Source: an uncultured Spirochaetota bacterium
GTDB taxonomy: Bacteria > Spirochaetota > Brevinematia > Brevinematales > JAOACQ01
Assembly: GCA_963835575.1 (NCBI GenBank)
Contig: CAWIGG010000004.1
Location: 32,001-96,000, forward strand
Reading direction: 5' to 3'
Length of the DNA stretch: 64,000 bases
Shown here: piece by piece, positions 61,918 to 64,000 of the stretch
Layout of the letters: every line of letters begins with the position of its first letter
Numbering within the stretch: position 1 is the stretch's first letter
Notes under the pieces: model-generated
Told to the model about the DNA's origin: nothing
The model's database searches: none
The model's input: the letters and a program-made list of their open reading frames with translations, nothing else
Translations under genes and position numbers: made by a program

Positions 61918-64000
61918 CGCCCATTCTGAGAGCAAAAACCGCCGTACCGAGAGTATAGACGGCAATGCCCAGAATAAACACAAGCGTGTATCCAAATAAA
62001 ACAGAAACATAAATGGCCACAAAGCTGGCAAGAACGGAAAAAACGCCGTTGACAGACCACATCCATGGAATGGTATCGCCTTCCTCACTTTCGGATATGA
62101 CCCGGATGCCGGACGGCATCATGAAACCCATAAAAAAGCCTGTGGGCGCGATCAGCGCGACAATGAATAGTATCCTGATGAAAAGAAGCCATCCTGTCAT
62201 AGCGCCGCCTAAGAGCAGAATAAAGAGATAAGAAAATACCGTTGTCGCCACAATGCCGGCCAGGCCTATCAAAATAGCTTTTTTCGGGCTCTGATAACGG
62301 TGGGAGAACATACTTCCTATACCTGAACTGATTAAAAGAGATGAAAGCACAACGGCGAAAGCAAAAATAGGATGGCCGAGAATGAGAGTATACTTCTGCA
62401 TCATGACGACTTCTAAAAGCATAAAACCAAGGCCCAATGACGCGAAGTAGATGATGCTGGCGACTTTATGCGGCAGTTTTTTAAAACCTTTCAGATTAAG
62501 AAAAATAAGAGGGGCGATCAAAAACAGGATGCAGTAAAACACCACCTGTCCGGTCACTTCCTTTAATAATAGAAAAGGCTGGGGATAAAAAAACCTGACG
62601 GCATCGACCCCTTTGCTGAATGAAAGGAATTGAGGCTTGACGCGCTGCGAGAAAAAAGGCCAGTCGTCTGTCGAGGGCCTGATTTCCGTATCATTTAACG
62701 CATATTCCCTGTTGATATCATCCGCCCTGACAAGTCTTTCCTCCCTTGTTCCCGACTTGACATAAGGCGAATATTCCAGGATCTGCCCGATTGAACGGGC
62801 ATATGCAATAAGTTTTGCCGATTCTTTCTCCGTAAAAAGGCCGTTCTTTATCAGGATTTTACATTTCCGGTAACTCGCCGGCTCCTCGAAGATCATGACG
62901 CTCTGCCCGAATTCCTTTTCCCTGTGCATCCTGTGGAACGCCTCGCGGATAAGGGTGACAAAACGCGGCCCGTCCGTATAAGGATTGGAGAGGTAAATAA
63001 CCCCGCCCGGCTTTAAATGGCTGATATAATCCATCATTCCTTCCACAGTAAAAAGGTAGCTCTCCGCCAGCGTAAAGGAGCCGGATGATACCGCCACCTG
63101 CGATATGGAATTGTCAAAAATCAGCACATCATATTTCCTGTCGGAAGAACGTATAAAAAAGCGGCCCTCCTGGAACTCCACATCGACATTGGAAAAATGG
63201 CCGATATTCCCGATTTTCCGGCTGTAAACATCATGAAAGAGGTGATAAATGGTTGCGTTGAATTCCGCGCCGCGTATTTCCTTCGCTCCGGCCGCAAGGG
63301 CAAGGAGAACATCCTTTCCGGCCCCCACACCGACGATCCCGACATCCTGCGGCTTTTCCTTGATTAAGTAAGGATAATAATGCACGCTCAGAATCCTCTT
63401 AAACTCCGAAAAATCATTGGTCCGGGCAACAGGATAGAGATAGGTAAAGCATGAGTAATCCGCCGTGACGGCCCAGGAGCCGCTCGGCCTTTCATGCACC
63501 GCCACATAGGCGAAATTATCCCAATCCGAGAATTTTTTTACGCCCAGGTATTCCAGGTGCCTTTTATCGCCGGAAATTCTGATCTCGACATTTTTGACCA
63601 TCGGGTAATAGATATAAATATCCAGAGCGATAAATAGTAAAACGGCGATTGAAAAAATCCAATGTTTTTCATAAACAAAAAGCGCAGCGGCAATAATAAC
63701 AATCCCGGAGATGATGACGGATACGATCATCGGGCCGTTATGCGGGAAAACAATCAGCGCGAAAAAACAGCCGATCCCGCCGCCGATCAGGTCAAAGAAA
63801 TATATTTTATTGATATTCTCTTTATAATTCGTAAACAAAAATGAAAAAATATATCCGCCCAGGATAAATGGGACCAGGAGCAGCATCAGAAAATGAGTTA
63901 AATATCCTTTCTGCAGGGCTGACGCCGCGACCTCATTCATCTCCAGGGGTATTTGATTGATCCCGATCAGCACGATTGGAATGGAAACCGCCAGCAAGAT
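61907..64000 (-). CDS. Membrane protein with spermidine-synthase-like SAM-dependent transferase domain; 5' end outside window
   Basis: IYFFDLIG, GVGAGKD, EGRFFIR, ESYLFTVE, STDDWPFF, YFASLGLGFMLLE, WMWSVNG. Confidence 0.85.
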   Translation of the reverse strand: MLLAVSIPIVLIGINQIPLEMNEVAASALQKGYLTHFLMLLLVPFILGGYIFSFLFTNYKENINKIYFFDLIGGGIGCFFALIVFPHNGPMIVSVIISGIVIIAAALFVYEKHWIFSIAVLLFIALDIYIYYPMVKNVEIRISGDKRHLEYLGVKKFSDWDNFAYVAVHERPSGSWAVTADYSCFTYLYPVARTNDFSEFKRILSVHYYPYLIKEKPQDVGIVGVGAGKDVLLALAAGAKEIRGAEFNATIYHLFHDVYSRKIGNIGHFSNVDVEFQEGRFFIRSSDRKYDVLIFDNSISQVAVSSGSFTLAESYLFTVEGMMDYISHLKPGGVIYLSNPYTDGPRFVTLIREAFHRMHREKEFGQSVMIFEEPASYRKCKILIKNGLFTEKESAKLIAYARSIGQILEYSPYVKSGTREERLVRADDINREYALNDTEIRPSTDDWPFFSQRVKPQFLSFSKGVDAVRFFYPQPFLLLKEVTGQVVFYCILFLIAPLIFLNLKGFKKLPHKVASIIYFASLGLGFMLLEVVMMQKYTLILGHPIFAFAVVLSSLLISSGIGSMFSHRYQSPKKAILIGLAGIVATTVFSYLFILLLGGAMTGWLLFIRILFIVALIAPTGFFMGFMMPSGIRVISESEEGDTIPWMWSVNGVFSVLASFVAIYVSVLFGYTLVFILGIAVYTLGTAVFALRMGVSH

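Overview
AT-rich bacterial chromosomal segment, mostly housekeeping and cell-envelope genes. 16S signatures and gene content suggest an LPS-producing spirochaete, possibly Brevinematales-like (inference). It contains glgC-dtd, an M23 peptidase-bactofilin-STAS-lpxA-lpxB-ruvX operon, lpxC, the rpsP-khpA-rimM-trmD-rplS-rnhB operon, an htrA-family gene, a wbaP-like gene, a lipid A acyltransferase, cheW, queF, rtcB-thiE, murF, ribBA, TIGR03545/TIGR03546 genes, a complete minus-strand rrn operon (16S-tRNA-Ile-tRNA-Ala-23S-5S) and an intact IS256-family element with a 9-bp target duplication. Most notable observations: (1) a DUF2723/TMEM260-like GT-C glycosyltransferase apparently split into two separately translated genes in permuted order, flanking an Ig-like/FecR/O-antigen-ligase/GT2 cluster; (2) a candidate ~160-nt structured RNA upstream of rtcB; (3) tandem BlaI/MecI-type operators over the htrA promoter; (4) a palindromic sigma54-type site upstream of lpxC; (5) the IS256 copy separating a promoter from its operon; (6) a homopolymer frameshift and several REP-like repeat families. 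All product calls come from motif recognition by eye, without database searches.
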